NCBI GenBank assembly: GCA_963803435.1
Contig: CAWDML010000002.1
Coordinates: forward strand, 64,001 to 128,000
DNA from: an uncultured delta proteobacterium
Lineage (GTDB): Bacteria; Myxococcota; Kuafuiibacteriia; Kuafuiibacteriales; Kuafuiibacteriaceae
DNA: 64,000 nucleotides
Reading direction: 5' to 3'
Position 1 is the stretch's first letter; each line of letters opens with the position of its first letter. Below, in pieces: positions 17,034 through 26,085 of the stretch. The translations under genes and the position numbers were made by a program. Below the pieces are notes generated by a model. It searched no databases and was not told where the DNA came from. It saw only the letters and a list, made by a program, of their open reading frames with translations.

Positions 17034-18806
17034 CTACTTCTTGAGCGCCTCGACGGCGAGATTGCGCACGGCCTCGTTTTCGTCCTCGGTCGCGGTCAAG
17101 AGCGCGCTCCCGAAGACCTTCCGGCCCAGCTTCGCCATGGCCTCGACAGCGTAGTAGCGGACCACCGTGTGCTCGGACCCTGCGTCGGTCTCGAGGCGCT
17201 TCACGACCCGCTCGCGATCCTTGGCGGTCCGTGCGTGCAGGTAGGTGGTCACGAGCTCGTCGTACACCTCCGCCTTCGGGATCTCGCCGTTCTGCGGCTC
17301 GAGCGCGCGCTGGATGACACCGCGGCTCGCCGCCGGGATCGTCGGGTTCAGCTCGTCGTCGTCCTCGTCGAAGTCGCCGAAGTCACCGAGTTGCGCGAGC
17401 TGGGCGACGACGTCGATCTCCTCGGTCCCCAGATCCTTGAGGCCGCTGGGCTTGTCGTGGGGCCGGCTCCGCGGCGCGGTCCGCGCGGTGGCTGCGACCG
17501 CTCCGATCGGCTTGGGACGGGGGCGGCCGCGGAGATCGCGCCGGCCGTGCACCTCTTCGACCACCTCGTTGTCCGGCGGCGGCGGCGGACGGCGCTGACT
17601 GATCTCCAGCTGGATGTCGTCGATCTGGGCGGCCGGCGAGAACCGCATCCCAGGCTTCGGCTTTCCGGGCTTCTGGCTGGGACGCGAGCGGTTACGGAAG
17701 AGCTCGACATTCGCGATCTCGCCCAGCTCCAGCGTGGGGAGGTCCTGGCGGATCTTCTCGCCGAGCACCATACCCTCGCGCTTGGCGTCGGAGAGCAGGT
17801 CGCGGATCCGGTGCGGAAGCGCCTGGGTGGCGGCGATCAGGCGGACCAGCGTGCCGCGCTCCTCGTCCGTGCGGTACAGCCCCTGGTAGACGGCTGCGCC
17901 CTCGCTCTCGACCTTGAGCTGCTGGCTGATCTCCTCGAACACCGAGATCGGCGTGTTGGCGAGGGCGCTCTCGGGCGCCTCGATGACCAGCCCCAGATAC
18001 GACATCTTCTTGAGGTCGAAGCCCGCCGGCATCAGCTCGCTGGCCTCGATGCTGTCGCGGACGGTCCCGACCACCTCCTCGACGGTGATCTCGGGGAGCT
18101 CGGTCACCGAGTAGTTGAGCACGCCGCCGGACAAGAGGAGCTTCCGGTAGTCCTCGCCGTCGAAGGAGCGGATCGCTCGGAGCTTGCCCCGGTCGTTGAG
18201 CCGGTTGAGCGCGTCGAGCGGGGACGCGATCTGACCGTTGATGTGGGCGTAGTAGTCGACGATCGAGACGTCGGGGTTGAGCTTGGAGATCCGGCCGTTG
18301 TCGACGAACACCCAGCCCATCAGGTCGGCGTTGACGATCTCGTTGATGGCGCGGACCGCGTTGACCTTGGCGATCCCGCTCTCGGTCTCGGTCGGGAGCG
18401 TCATCAGCGCCAGGATCGGCAGCTCCTGTCCTTCCACCACGCTGATCAGCTCGGCCACCGATGACCCGGTTCCGCCGCCCAGGCCGGCGGTGATCAGGAC
18501 CGCGTCGGCGTCCGAGCATTGCTTGAGGATGATCTGGCGGATCCGCTCGGCATTTTCGGCGATGCACTGGCGGCCGTAGTCGGGATCCGCGCCGGCGCCG
18601 TCGTAGCCGTCGAGGCCCACGTAATGGCGTCGCTCCGCCGGGAGCGTCGGGAACACGCCGCCGGGATCGAGCGCGGTGAGATCGGTCTGCGCCGTATTGA
18701 ACGCGACCGCGCGATAGCCGCGTCGATAGAACTCCGCTGCGAGGTTTCCGCCGGCCTGCCCGAGGCCGACGACCGCGATGTCGAGGGATCGCCCGTCCGG
18801 TTTCAT
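17034..18806 (-). CDS. Tubulin/FtsZ-superfamily GTPase (CetZ/TubZ-like) with low-complexity linker and C-terminal HEAT-like repeat
   Basis: VGLGQAGGN, NTAQTDL, GAGADPDYG, AGLGGGTGS and VDN motifs. Confidence 0.88.
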   Translation of the reverse strand: MKPDGRSLDIAVVGLGQAGGNLAAEFYRRGYRAVAFNTAQTDLTALDPGGVFPTLPAERRHYVGLDGYDGAGADPDYGRQCIAENAERIRQIILKQCSDADAVLITAGLGGGTGSSVAELISVVEGQELPILALMTLPTETESGIAKVNAVRAINEIVNADLMGWVFVDNGRISKLNPDVSIVDYYAHINGQIASPLDALNRLNDRGKLRAIRSFDGEDYRKLLLSGGVLNYSVTELPEITVEEVVGTVRDSIEASELMPAGFDLKKMSYLGLVIEAPESALANTPISVFEEISQQLKVESEGAAVYQGLYRTDEERGTLVRLIAATQALPHRIRDLLSDAKREGMVLGEKIRQDLPTLELGEIANVELFRNRSRPSQKPGKPKPGMRFSPAAQIDDIQLEISQRRPPPPPDNEVVEEVHGRRDLRGRPRPKPIGAVAATARTAPRSRPHDKPSGLKDLGTEEIDVVAQLAQLGDFGDFDEDDDELNPTIPAASRGVIQRALEPQNGEIPKAEVYDELVTTYLHARTAKDRERVVKRLETDAGSEHTVVRYYAVEAMAKLGRKVFGSALLTATEDENEAVRNLAVEALKK

Positions 18807-18904
18807 GCCGTTTGGTGGGAGGAATATAGAGCAGCTCCGAGAAAAAAGAGCTGTTTTCAAAGTCGGCTGGCCAGCGCACCCTGTGGGTCGAGAGAGCAGA
18901 GCGG

Positions 18905-19378
18905 ATGAGCGGAAAAAAACCCATTACCCCGAGGGGTTATGATCGGCTTCAGTCGGAGCTCCTGCGCTTGTGGCACGAGGACCGCCCGAGGATCGTCCAG
19001 GAGGTGTCGGATGCCGCCGCGCTCGGGGACCGCTCCGAGAACGCGGAGTACATCTACGGCAAGCGAAAGCTCCGCGAGATCGATCGGCGGATCGGATACC
19101 TCACGAAGCTGATCGAGCGGCTCGAGGTCGTCGAGCCCCGATCCAACACGTCGAACCGGGTGAAGTTCGGGGCCACCGTGGTGGTGGAGGAGGAGGACGG
19201 TCGCCGGCGAACGTATCAGATCGTCGGCGAGGACGAGGTCGACGCGAAAGAGGGACAGATCTCCATGCATTCGCCCATGGGCCGCGCCCTGCTGGGCCGA
19301 GCCGTCGGAGAGGACCTCACCGTGCACCGGCCCGCAGGCGAGCTGGAGCTGGTGGTCGTCGAGCTCCGCTACGACTAA
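18905..19378 (+). CDS. greB: Transcription elongation factor GreB
   Basis: AAALGDRSENAEYIYGKRKLREIDRR and ISMHSPMGRALLG. Confidence 0.96.
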   Translation: MSGKKPITPRGYDRLQSELLRLWHEDRPRIVQEVSDAAALGDRSENAEYIYGKRKLREIDRRIGYLTKLIERLEVVEPRSNTSNRVKFGATVVVEEEDGRRRTYQIVGEDEVDAKEGQISMHSPMGRALLGRAVGEDLTVHRPAGELELVVVELRYD

Positions 19379-19411
19379 TCAGGTAAACCTGAAAGCTCAC
19401 AGAGACGGCCC

Positions 19412-19446
19412 CAGTCGACAGTCAACGGTTGAGAGTTCACAGGGCG
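19412..19446. repeat. Degenerate heptamer tandem array (CAGTCGA CAGTCAA CGGTTGA GAGTTCA CAGGGCG)
   Basis: 7-nt periodicity directly downstream of the four-helix-bundle remnant. Confidence 0.6.
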
Positions 19447-19451
19447 CGGAG

Positions 19452-19714
19452 CTATGCGCTCCGTTCGACCTTACCGCGGAGGCCGTTGAGCATGCGGCGA
19501 TCTCGTCGAGTTCAGCGCGAATCGGCTCCGCTGCCTTCGCGGTGACGAGCCCGAGGTCGCGACTGAGGATCAGCAGGTAGTCGACCTCGGCCGCCGAGCC
19601 CTCGGCGATGTTGAGGAAGCGAGAGTAGTCGTTGTTTCGTCGACGTTTCGAGCCCTCCGCGATGTTCGCCGGGATGGAGACCGCGGCGCGTCGGATTCTG
19701 GGAGACCAGGCCGG
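19452..19714 (-). pseudogene. Four-helix-bundle (23S-IVP) protein remnant, 5' half removed at the element end
   Basis: Manual translation GLVSQ/IRRAAVSIPANIAEGSKRRRNNDYSRFLNIAEGSAAEVDYLLILSRDLG...MLNGLRGKVERSA with two frameshifts; missed by the ORF track. Confidence 0.85.
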
Positions 19715-19772
19715 TGTCGTGACCCACGCTCTTCGAGAATCTCATCCCGACGAGGACACGCCGGGCGCGGTG

Positions 19773-20397
19773 CTAGGAGGTGTCAGCTGCCGCGCGCACG
19801 ACCACTGGTGCGGAGCGTGAGCACGTAGCGCGCTTGTCGACTCCGCGACGGTCGCGACGGCGGGCGAGAGCTCCAAGCGGAGGTTCGTGCTCGAGCTGGA
19901 GGTGGAGGTCGGGCGCGCCGTCGCGCCCCTCACGGAGTTTGTGGGAAGGCGAGGCTACGTGTTCCCATGTCGATCCCCCCAGCGGGGACCACGGGAACAG
20001 CGGAAGATTGCCGCCGGGAGCGATGCCGATGACGTCGTGGCGAGCGTCGGGGAGGCAGGCCAGGAGCGCGGCGGTGGTCTCGAGCGGTTCGTTCTGGATG
20101 CCGGTGGCGATGCGAAGGGCGAGGATGAGCTCGGCTCGGACGTACCAGCAGGGTGTGCCGAGATCGGTGGCGAGGGAGAGGATGGGGTCGGCGCGGCTAG
20201 CCGAGTTGCACACGCCCGTGGTGCCGACAATCTCGAGGTTGAGCGGGTAGGTGTCGAGCAGGGCGTCGCGACCACGCGCCACGCGGGACGCGTCCCCGCA
20301 CGACGACGTGGCCATCGGGCTCGACGAGCGCGAAGACAATTTCCGTCTTCGTGAGCCAGAGTCCAATCCTTCGTTTGTCCACGCCGATGACGCTCAT
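19773..20397 (-). pseudogene. Frameshifted hypothetical cargo gene of the element
   Basis: ATG at 20397 is coupled to the helicase stop; the frame switches near 20280; the 3' end is uncertain. Confidence 0.45.
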
Positions 20398-21344
20398 GTC
20401 CCCTCCTTGGTCCAGCCTGCTGACGTTTGCTTCACGAGCCCCTGCTTCTGGAGCTCCCGGAGTGCGGCGATCAGGAAGGCCTTGCGGACCTTCACCGCGT
20501 TTCGAATCGCGAGCGCCGACTGCGGCCGCCGGGCCATCTCGAGATGCTCGAGGATGGCTCGGTGGAGTGACTCGCTCGCTGCGGATGCATCGCCGGCATC
20601 GACGACGACGAGGTGAGGCGCAGGCTGGTCTTCAAGCCGAACGACGATCGGTGGCGGTGGTGCGGCGGTTCGGTGTTCGATCGTGAGGAGCCGATCCTCA
20701 CCGTGCCGGGTGATGTAGATGGCCGAATCTGACCAGGCCGAAAAATCCCCCGAGCCGCGGAGCTGCTGGCTGACATGCGAGGAGCGCGCCTTTCGCATGT
20801 GGTGCACGAGGAGGATGGCGACGTCGAAGGTGCGCTGGATCTCGCGGAGTGTACCGAGGACGGCGGAGACTTCGGCGGCGGAGTTCTCGTCGCTGTTCCG
20901 GACGAGGCGCACGAACGGGTCGAGGATCAACAAACGCGGTTTGAGCTTGGCGACGGTGGCGCGGAGCTTCTTCAGGTGATCAGGCTGGTCGAGGTAGAGG
21001 ACCGGGACATCGATGAGATGAACCGGTAGGTCGTCGAGGTCGCGGCCGCGTACCTTGGCGACCCCCTGGAAACGACCACGCATCTCGGGCAGCTCGTCCT
21101 CGGCGAAGAAGCCGAGCACAGCACCGTGGCGCTCGACCTCGAAGCGCCCGAGCGCCTTCTCTCCGGTGGCGACGGCGTAGGCGAGCTCGGTCGCGACGTA
21201 GGTCTTGAGCTGCTTGGCCTGGCCTCCGATGAGACCGACGCCGGCGGTCCAGATGGAGCGGACGAGCCAGCGCTTGGTTTCGTCTCTCTCGGTGACGTCT
21301 CGGACGTGTCGCACGGGAAGGGTCGGTTCAGATCGAGCGCGCAT
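20394..21344 (-). CDS. RepA/RecA-like AAA_25 helicase-type ATPase
   Basis: Walker A-like GGQAKQLKT, AED, LLILDP, VHH and LRGSG motifs. Confidence 0.85.
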   Translation of the reverse strand: MRARSEPTLPVRHVRDVTERDETKRWLVRSIWTAGVGLIGGQAKQLKTYVATELAYAVATGEKALGRFEVERHGAVLGFFAEDELPEMRGRFQGVAKVRGRDLDDLPVHLIDVPVLYLDQPDHLKKLRATVAKLKPRLLILDPFVRLVRNSDENSAAEVSAVLGTLREIQRTFDVAILLVHHMRKARSSHVSQQLRGSGDFSAWSDSAIYITRHGEDRLLTIEHRTAAPPPPIVVRLEDQPAPHLVVVDAGDASAASESLHRAILEHLEMARRPQSALAIRNAVKVRKAFLIAALRELQKQGLVKQTSAGWTKEGT

Positions 21345-22107
21345 CGAGCACCTCCCGGAGAATCTCCTCGGTGACGGAATCACCCGTGCGGTCGAGCGCG
21401 GCGCGGACCACCGCGTCGATGATGGCGGGCGAGGCCTGCGTCCGCTCGAAGAGCTCATCTTTGAGCTCGGACCCGAGTCGCCGCTCGTCCGCGCCGAAGC
21501 GGTGCCGGAGGAAGTCGTCGAGCTCGTCGCGACGAAGCCCAGCCAGCGAAGCGCGGACGCTGATCCGCCGCTTGAGCGCCGCGAGCCGCCGGTCCTCGAG
21601 CAGCGGGAGCAGATCCGGTGGTCCCGAGAAGATGACGCTGAAGACCTGGGCGGTGTCCGGGTCGAATTCGGCGAGGCTCGAGATCTCGGCCAGCGTGTCG
21701 ACGGAGAGCCGATGGGCCTCGTCGATCCATGCGATCACGTGGGCGGCCTGATCCCGGATGGCCTGGGTGATGAGCTGCGAGGTCTCGAGGGCAGAGCGCC
21801 GCGGCGTCACGTGGATGCTGTGGGCGAAGTGGCGGACCACGCCGATGGTCGAGACTCGGGTGGCCGAGACGTAGACCACGTTGTGTCGGTGGCGGTCGAG
21901 TCCGTTGCGAAGGTCGCGCATCAGCGAGGTCTTGCCGGTGCCGGTCGCGCCGGTGATCACGGCGTAGAAGAGCCCGCGTTTGATCTCCTTCTCGATGCTC
22001 CTCTTCGCCTCGACGTAGTCTCGGTAGGGGAAGGGCGCGCTCGAGGGCGCAGCCTCGGTCGCGACGGCGGACTTGATGGGAGGGGACTTCACAGCTTGTC
22101 GTTTCAT
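21328..22107 (-). CDS. ExeA-like AAA+ ATPase (transposition helper type)
   Basis: ITGATGTGKT, WIDEAH and LAALKRRI; ATG at 22107. Confidence 0.88.
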   Translation of the reverse strand: MKRQAVKSPPIKSAVATEAAPSSAPFPYRDYVEAKRSIEKEIKRGLFYAVITGATGTGKTSLMRDLRNGLDRHRHNVVYVSATRVSTIGVVRHFAHSIHVTPRRSALETSQLITQAIRDQAAHVIAWIDEAHRLSVDTLAEISSLAEFDPDTAQVFSVIFSGPPDLLPLLEDRRLAALKRRISVRASLAGLRRDELDDFLRHRFGADERRLGSELKDELFERTQASPAIIDAVVRAALDRTGDSVTEEILREVLDARSI

Positions 22108-22497
22108 CGGTTTCTCCTTCTTTCGGCCTCGACGCGCCGTTCGAACGCTTCGAGGTAGATCTCGAGTGGACGGCCTTCCTTGAGCTCCTTGTGGATTTCT
22201 TCGAGGGCTCGCTCTGTCGCCCGCTTCGGGAGCGGACCGAGCGCGCGCCATATGCGATCCGTTGGTCTTCCCGGGCAGCGCCTCGATCGGAAGCACCCGC
22301 TCCATCTTCCGGCACGGCCGGCAGCGGGCGAGACGAACCTCGACCTGGCGATACGACCCGTCGGCGAGGCTGAGACCACGCGAGCGCCTCAGGGACGTCA
22401 GCTCGAGGTCGCTGCTTCCACAGCGGGCGCACGCGCAACCGACGAGAAGCGCGTCGCCCAGATCTCGCGCCGACGCCTCGTGCGTGCTAAGGTCCAC
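22104..22497 (-). pseudogene. Zn-finger (DUF6431-like) N-terminus fused out of frame to a putative transposase C-terminal tail; DDE core deleted
   Basis: CARC...RCRPC...RVLP in one frame; a second frame ...RRVEAERRRNR* ends overlapping the ExeA ATG. Confidence 0.6.
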
Positions 22498-22794
22498 GCC
22501 GGGTAAGTGAACGAACGAACCCTCCGACGGCCCCGTTTTCCGCTCAAAGAAAGTGCGGGGCCGTCACCTTTCTAGCAGGCGCAGCCTGAGCCATCGAAAA
22601 AACTGGAAATCGGTCCTACGAGGGCGCTCGCGGCCTGGGAACAGCGCAGAGCTCTCCGTCAGGATGGGAGTCTCAAAGAGCGGGACTCACGACACATGGG
22701 ATCAAGTCCAGGCGTCGAAGTCGATCCGCCCAACGATCGATTCCAGACGAAACGACCTCCAAGAACTTCTGCTGGTCAAAGTGGACGAGCTACC

Positions 22795-22808
22795 GCAAGC
22801 TAGCTTGC
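22795..22808. promoter_or_regulatory. Perfect 14-bp palindrome GCAAGCTAGCTTGC abutting the four-helix-bundle ATG
   Basis: Read directly from the sequence; same arms as 1534-1547. Confidence 0.5.
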
Positions 22809-23176
22809 ATGGTCACTTTCGATCACGAGAAGCTCGAGGTCTACCAGCTCGCCGTCGAGTATGCCGACATCGCTGAAGAGATCGCACAAGAACTGTAACC
22901 CGGTCACGCTCACGTCCGCGTTCAGCTTCGGCGGGCATCCGATTCCATCGTGAACAACACCGCCGAGGGCGCCGGAGAGTTCAATCCACCTGAGAAGGCT
23001 CGCTTCTACCGGATGGCACTTCGCTCTGGCACCGAAAGCGCCGCCTCACTCCACACCTGCTTGAGGCGCCGACTCGCCAACGAGCAGAAGCTCCAAGCCG
23101 CCAGAGCCAAGCTCAAGCGCGTGTCGAGATGCTCACGCGCCTCATCAAGTCGATGAACGCACGCCGGGCTGCATGA
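22809..23176 (+). pseudogene. Full-length four-helix-bundle protein gene (23S-IVP/Avd-like), interrupted
   Basis: MVTFDHEKLEVYQLA...QLRRASDSIVNNTAEGAGE...KARFYRMALRSGTE; in-frame TAA at 22896 and a 1-nt deletion near 23123. Confidence 0.88.
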
Positions 23177-23181
23177 TCGCC

Positions 23182-23250
23182 ATCGGGACCGGGACCGGGA
23201 CCGGGACCCGGACCGGGCTCGCGGTAGCGCTACGCGCTACACGCTCCTAG
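23182..23250 (-). repeat. Element arm copy 3
   Basis: Reverse complement matches 48087-48155; its CTAG overlaps the TAG stop of 23247-23645. Confidence 0.92.
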
Positions 23251-23645
23251 CCCTTCTTCCGGCGCTCGCCGCGATCGCGGAGGCCGGCGTGCTCGCGCGT
23301 GTGGGCGTCCATGAGCCCGCGCTGGATTTGCCGGCGATAGGTGTCCCTCTCGTCCGCGTCCGGCGTGTGGGCGCCGAGCTTCACCGGGCCGGTCCGTTTG
23401 GGGAGGGCTTTCGGCGCCGCCCCTCTTGGGGGTGCGCCGAGCACCTTGCGCATGAAGCGTTCGAACCGGGGAAAGCGCTCGAAGAAGCTCTTGTCCAGGA
23501 GGGCGAGGATCTTCTTCTTCGCGTCGTCGAGGACCTCCTGGATCCAGGCCCGGTTCCGCCCGCCTCCGAACTCGGACTCGTCGTCGCCCACGCCGACGCC
23601 TGCATCGACAGCGCCGGTGGCGGCCCGGATCCGACGCGCGACCAT
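23247..23645 (-). CDS. Hypothetical protein
   Basis: GC3-biased ORF from ATG 23645. Confidence 0.6.
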   Translation of the reverse strand: MVARRIRAATGAVDAGVGVGDDESEFGGGRNRAWIQEVLDDAKKKILALLDKSFFERFPRFERFMRKVLGAPPRGAAPKALPKRTGPVKLGAHTPDADERDTYRRQIQRGLMDAHTREHAGLRDRGERRKKG

Positions 23646-23785
23646 CGTTCCAATGCGCTTGGCTGCGGAGGTGCTCTGCAGCACCGCATTGCTCAGCCAG
23701 ACTCGGAGCGCCCCGACCCGCACGCACCTCGATGATGTCAGACGGTGGAGGTTTGGGCCATCCGCGGGTTGTGGAACCGACCGCG

Positions 23786-24352
23786 ATGGCGCAGCATCGG
23801 GGCATGGGCAGCACGCTGTCCGCCCACGTGGCTCTCGAGTCGGGGGATGACTTTACGGCGAGGATCGCGAACCTCACCGCCATCAGCATCTTTCTTCGCA
23901 CCCAGCGGCAGGCGCGTTTCCGCGAGAAGGTCACCGTGACATTCATGTCTCTGTCGGTGGAGGGCGAGGTGGTCCACGCCTGCACCGATCCGCCCGGGCT
24001 CCTGGTCGTGTTCACCGCGTCCCCCGAGACGCAACACGCGATCGTGGAGCGGATGAACGCGGTGAGCTGCATGTGGCCGGATCCGTCGCGTCCGTTCGAC
24101 CGGCAGCCGACGCTCGAGAATCTAATCCCGCCTTCGATCACCGAGCGCAGCGAGTTCGAGGAGCCCACCAACACCGGCTCTCCGCCCATCCAGGTACCGG
24201 ACGAGATGGAGACGGCGGACGTGTTGAGCACGCCCGCCGGGATACCGGTGATCCGAGACGCACCTCGCCTGCGTGCGACGACGGTCGTCGGCGAGCACCC
24301 GACCGACGAGGTCGTGTTCGACGAGCCGACCGACGACGGTTATCTGGATTGA
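23786..24352 (+). CDS. PilZ-like domain protein
   Basis: ARIANLTAISIFL...EGEVVH pattern with an acidic tail. Confidence 0.55.
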   Translation: MAQHRGMGSTLSAHVALESGDDFTARIANLTAISIFLRTQRQARFREKVTVTFMSLSVEGEVVHACTDPPGLLVVFTASPETQHAIVERMNAVSCMWPDPSRPFDRQPTLENLIPPSITERSEFEEPTNTGSPPIQVPDEMETADVLSTPAGIPVIRDAPRLRATTVVGEHPTDEVVFDEPTDDGYLD

Positions 24353-26085
24353 AGGCGCTGAATCCCGGCCGGCGCTGCCTGATCATCGCCGGGCCCTTTC
24401 GCGGCGTGGTGCGGGACGGTCGCGCGAAGGTGGTCCGCGATCGCGGAAGGCTCATCGATGTGGAGATCGAGGTGGCCGGCCGCGGTCAGGTCGTGGTGGT
24501 GCGGCGCGACGAGCTGCGCCCCGAGCGCCGGACGAAGGATCCCACGCCGTCGATCTGGGCGGAGATCCAGCGTGCGATCGCGCGGCGACTCGGTGTGGAT
24601 CTGACGCTCGACGCCTGGTGGTGCGCGCAGCACGATCGCGCGCAAGCCCGGACGGATCCGGACGTGCTGATCCGCGAGGCTCGCGAGCTCGAGCGCACGC
24701 TGGAGCTCGCGGTCGCCGAGGCCGCGGCGGAGGTGGAGCGGGCGTTTCGCGAGGCGTTCGATCCGCTTCCACCCAATGAAAAGCGAAAGCGCTGGAAGCG
24801 CGAGCGCGCCCGCTGGCTCGAGGTCGAGCCCGAGCGGGCCCAGGTGCGCAAACGTATCGGTGCCGACGTCGACCCGAGCCGCGCCCGCCGCGCGCGGGAG
24901 GCGCTCCAGAGGGCGCTGCGGGCCAAACGGAAGGCCGAGCACCCGCTGGCCGTCCCTGACCTGCGCACGGCCCCCATCGCCGTCGGTCCCGACGCCCGGG
25001 CGATCGAAGAGACGATCGATCGGGATCCGGAGGTCGTGGAGCCGTATCTCGTCTACGCCGATCTCCTGCAGGCAGCGGGCGATCCGCGGGGCGAGCTGAT
25101 CATGCTTCAGCCCGACGATCGCCCGCCCGCGCCCGACCTCGAGGCGGCGGCCAAGCGGCTCCTCTCGACCCACGCCGAGTACTTCCTGGGCGCGCTCAAC
25201 GATCATCGGGAGGCGCTCGAGCTCCGGTGGCAGCGGGGCTTCATCCGCTCGGCCTCCATCGTCTGGCCTTCTGACACCACCGCCGCGCTGGTGGAGACGC
25301 TGCTGGCGTTGCCCTCGTCTCGCTACCTTCGGGCCCTGGCGCTGGAGGAGATCGACGACGACACGGATCTCCATGAGGCGTTCGAGATCCTGATCCGGCG
25401 GCGGCCGAAGCATCTGACCTCGCTCCGCATCGGTCCCGACAGCGATCCCAAGTACTCCAATTGGAACGATCAGGAGGCCGGCGATCTCACGGAGCTGCTC
25501 CGCGCCTTTCCGGACCTCGAGGAGCTGACGATCCGGGCCCGGCGGGCGACGTTCGGCGAGGTCGAGCTGCCGAAGCTGCGCTCACTCCGGCTCGAGACCA
25601 CCGCGCTCACGTTCGAGCACCTGCTCGCGCTGACGACGCGGACCTGGCCAAGCCTCGAGGAGCTGACGCTCTGGTTCGGCGCCTCCTCGTACGGAGCCAG
25701 CATTCGCGCCGAGGATCTGAGCTCGCTCTTGTCCGGCCGCACGCTTCCGCGCCTCCGCCGTCTGGCCCTGCAGAACGTCGAGTTCGCGGATGATCTCTGC
25801 AGCCACCTGCTGCACGCCTCCGAGCTGATCTCGCGGCTCGACGCCCTCGATCTGGCGATGGGCACCATGACGGACGAGGGGGCGGAGACGCTCTGCTTCG
25901 GCGCGAAGATCTTGAAGCCGCTCCGGTTGCTCGACGTTCGCAACAACTACATCGGGTCGGGGATGCGCAAGAGGCTGGCGGCGCTCGAGCCGGCGGTGCT
26001 CGATCGACCGCAGCGCCGGGTCGACGACTACGATCAGTACGGCCCCTATCGAATGGTGATGATCGACGACGAGTACGATCTGTGA
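24349..26085 (+). CDS. TIGR02996-domain / leucine-rich-repeat protein
   Basis: YLVYADLLQAAGDPRGELI, WQRGFI and LRR-like LPKLRSLRL, LEELTLWFG. Confidence 0.8.
   Translation: MKALNPGRRCLIIAGPFRGVVRDGRAKVVRDRGRLIDVEIEVAGRGQVVVVRRDELRPERRTKDPTPSIWAEIQRAIARRLGVDLTLDAWWCAQHDRAQARTDPDVLIREARELERTLELAVAEAAAEVERAFREAFDPLPPNEKRKRWKRERARWLEVEPERAQVRKRIGADVDPSRARRAREALQRALRAKRKAEHPLAVPDLRTAPIAVGPDARAIEETIDRDPEVVEPYLVYADLLQAAGDPRGELIMLQPDDRPPAPDLEAAAKRLLSTHAEYFLGALNDHREALELRWQRGFIRSASIVWPSDTTAALVETLLALPSSRYLRALALEEIDDDTDLHEAFEILIRRRPKHLTSLRIGPDSDPKYSNWNDQEAGDLTELLRAFPDLEELTIRARRATFGEVELPKLRSLRLETTALTFEHLLALTTRTWPSLEELTLWFGASSYGASIRAEDLSSLLSGRTLPRLRRLALQNVEFADDLCSHLLHASELISRLDALDLAMGTMTDEGAETLCFGAKILKPLRLLDVRNNYIGSGMRKRLAALEPAVLDRPQRRVDDYDQYGPYRMVMIDDEYDL

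Larger units (their letters stand above)
19715..22694 (-). mobile_element. ~3-kb TG...CA element (IS21/Mu-like ends), non-autonomous deletion derivative
   Basis: Imperfect ~37-bp terminal inverted repeats TGTCGTGACCCACGCTCTTCGAGAATCTCATCCCGAC and TGTCGTGAGTCCCGCTCTTTGAGACTCCCATCCTGAC enclosing coupled genes. Confidence 0.82.

Noticed and set aside
22790-22810. Sigma-54 promoter suggested by TTGCA
   Set aside because: The required GG at the -24 position is absent here and at 1533-1548
22809-23176. Diversity-generating retroelement, suggested by the Avd-like fold and near-identical repeats
   Set aside because: No reverse transcriptase in the window, and differences between copies are few and include indels rather than an adenine-specific TR/VR pattern
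19452-23176. 23S rRNA intervening sequence context for the four-helix genes
   Set aside because: No rRNA sequence is present around any copy
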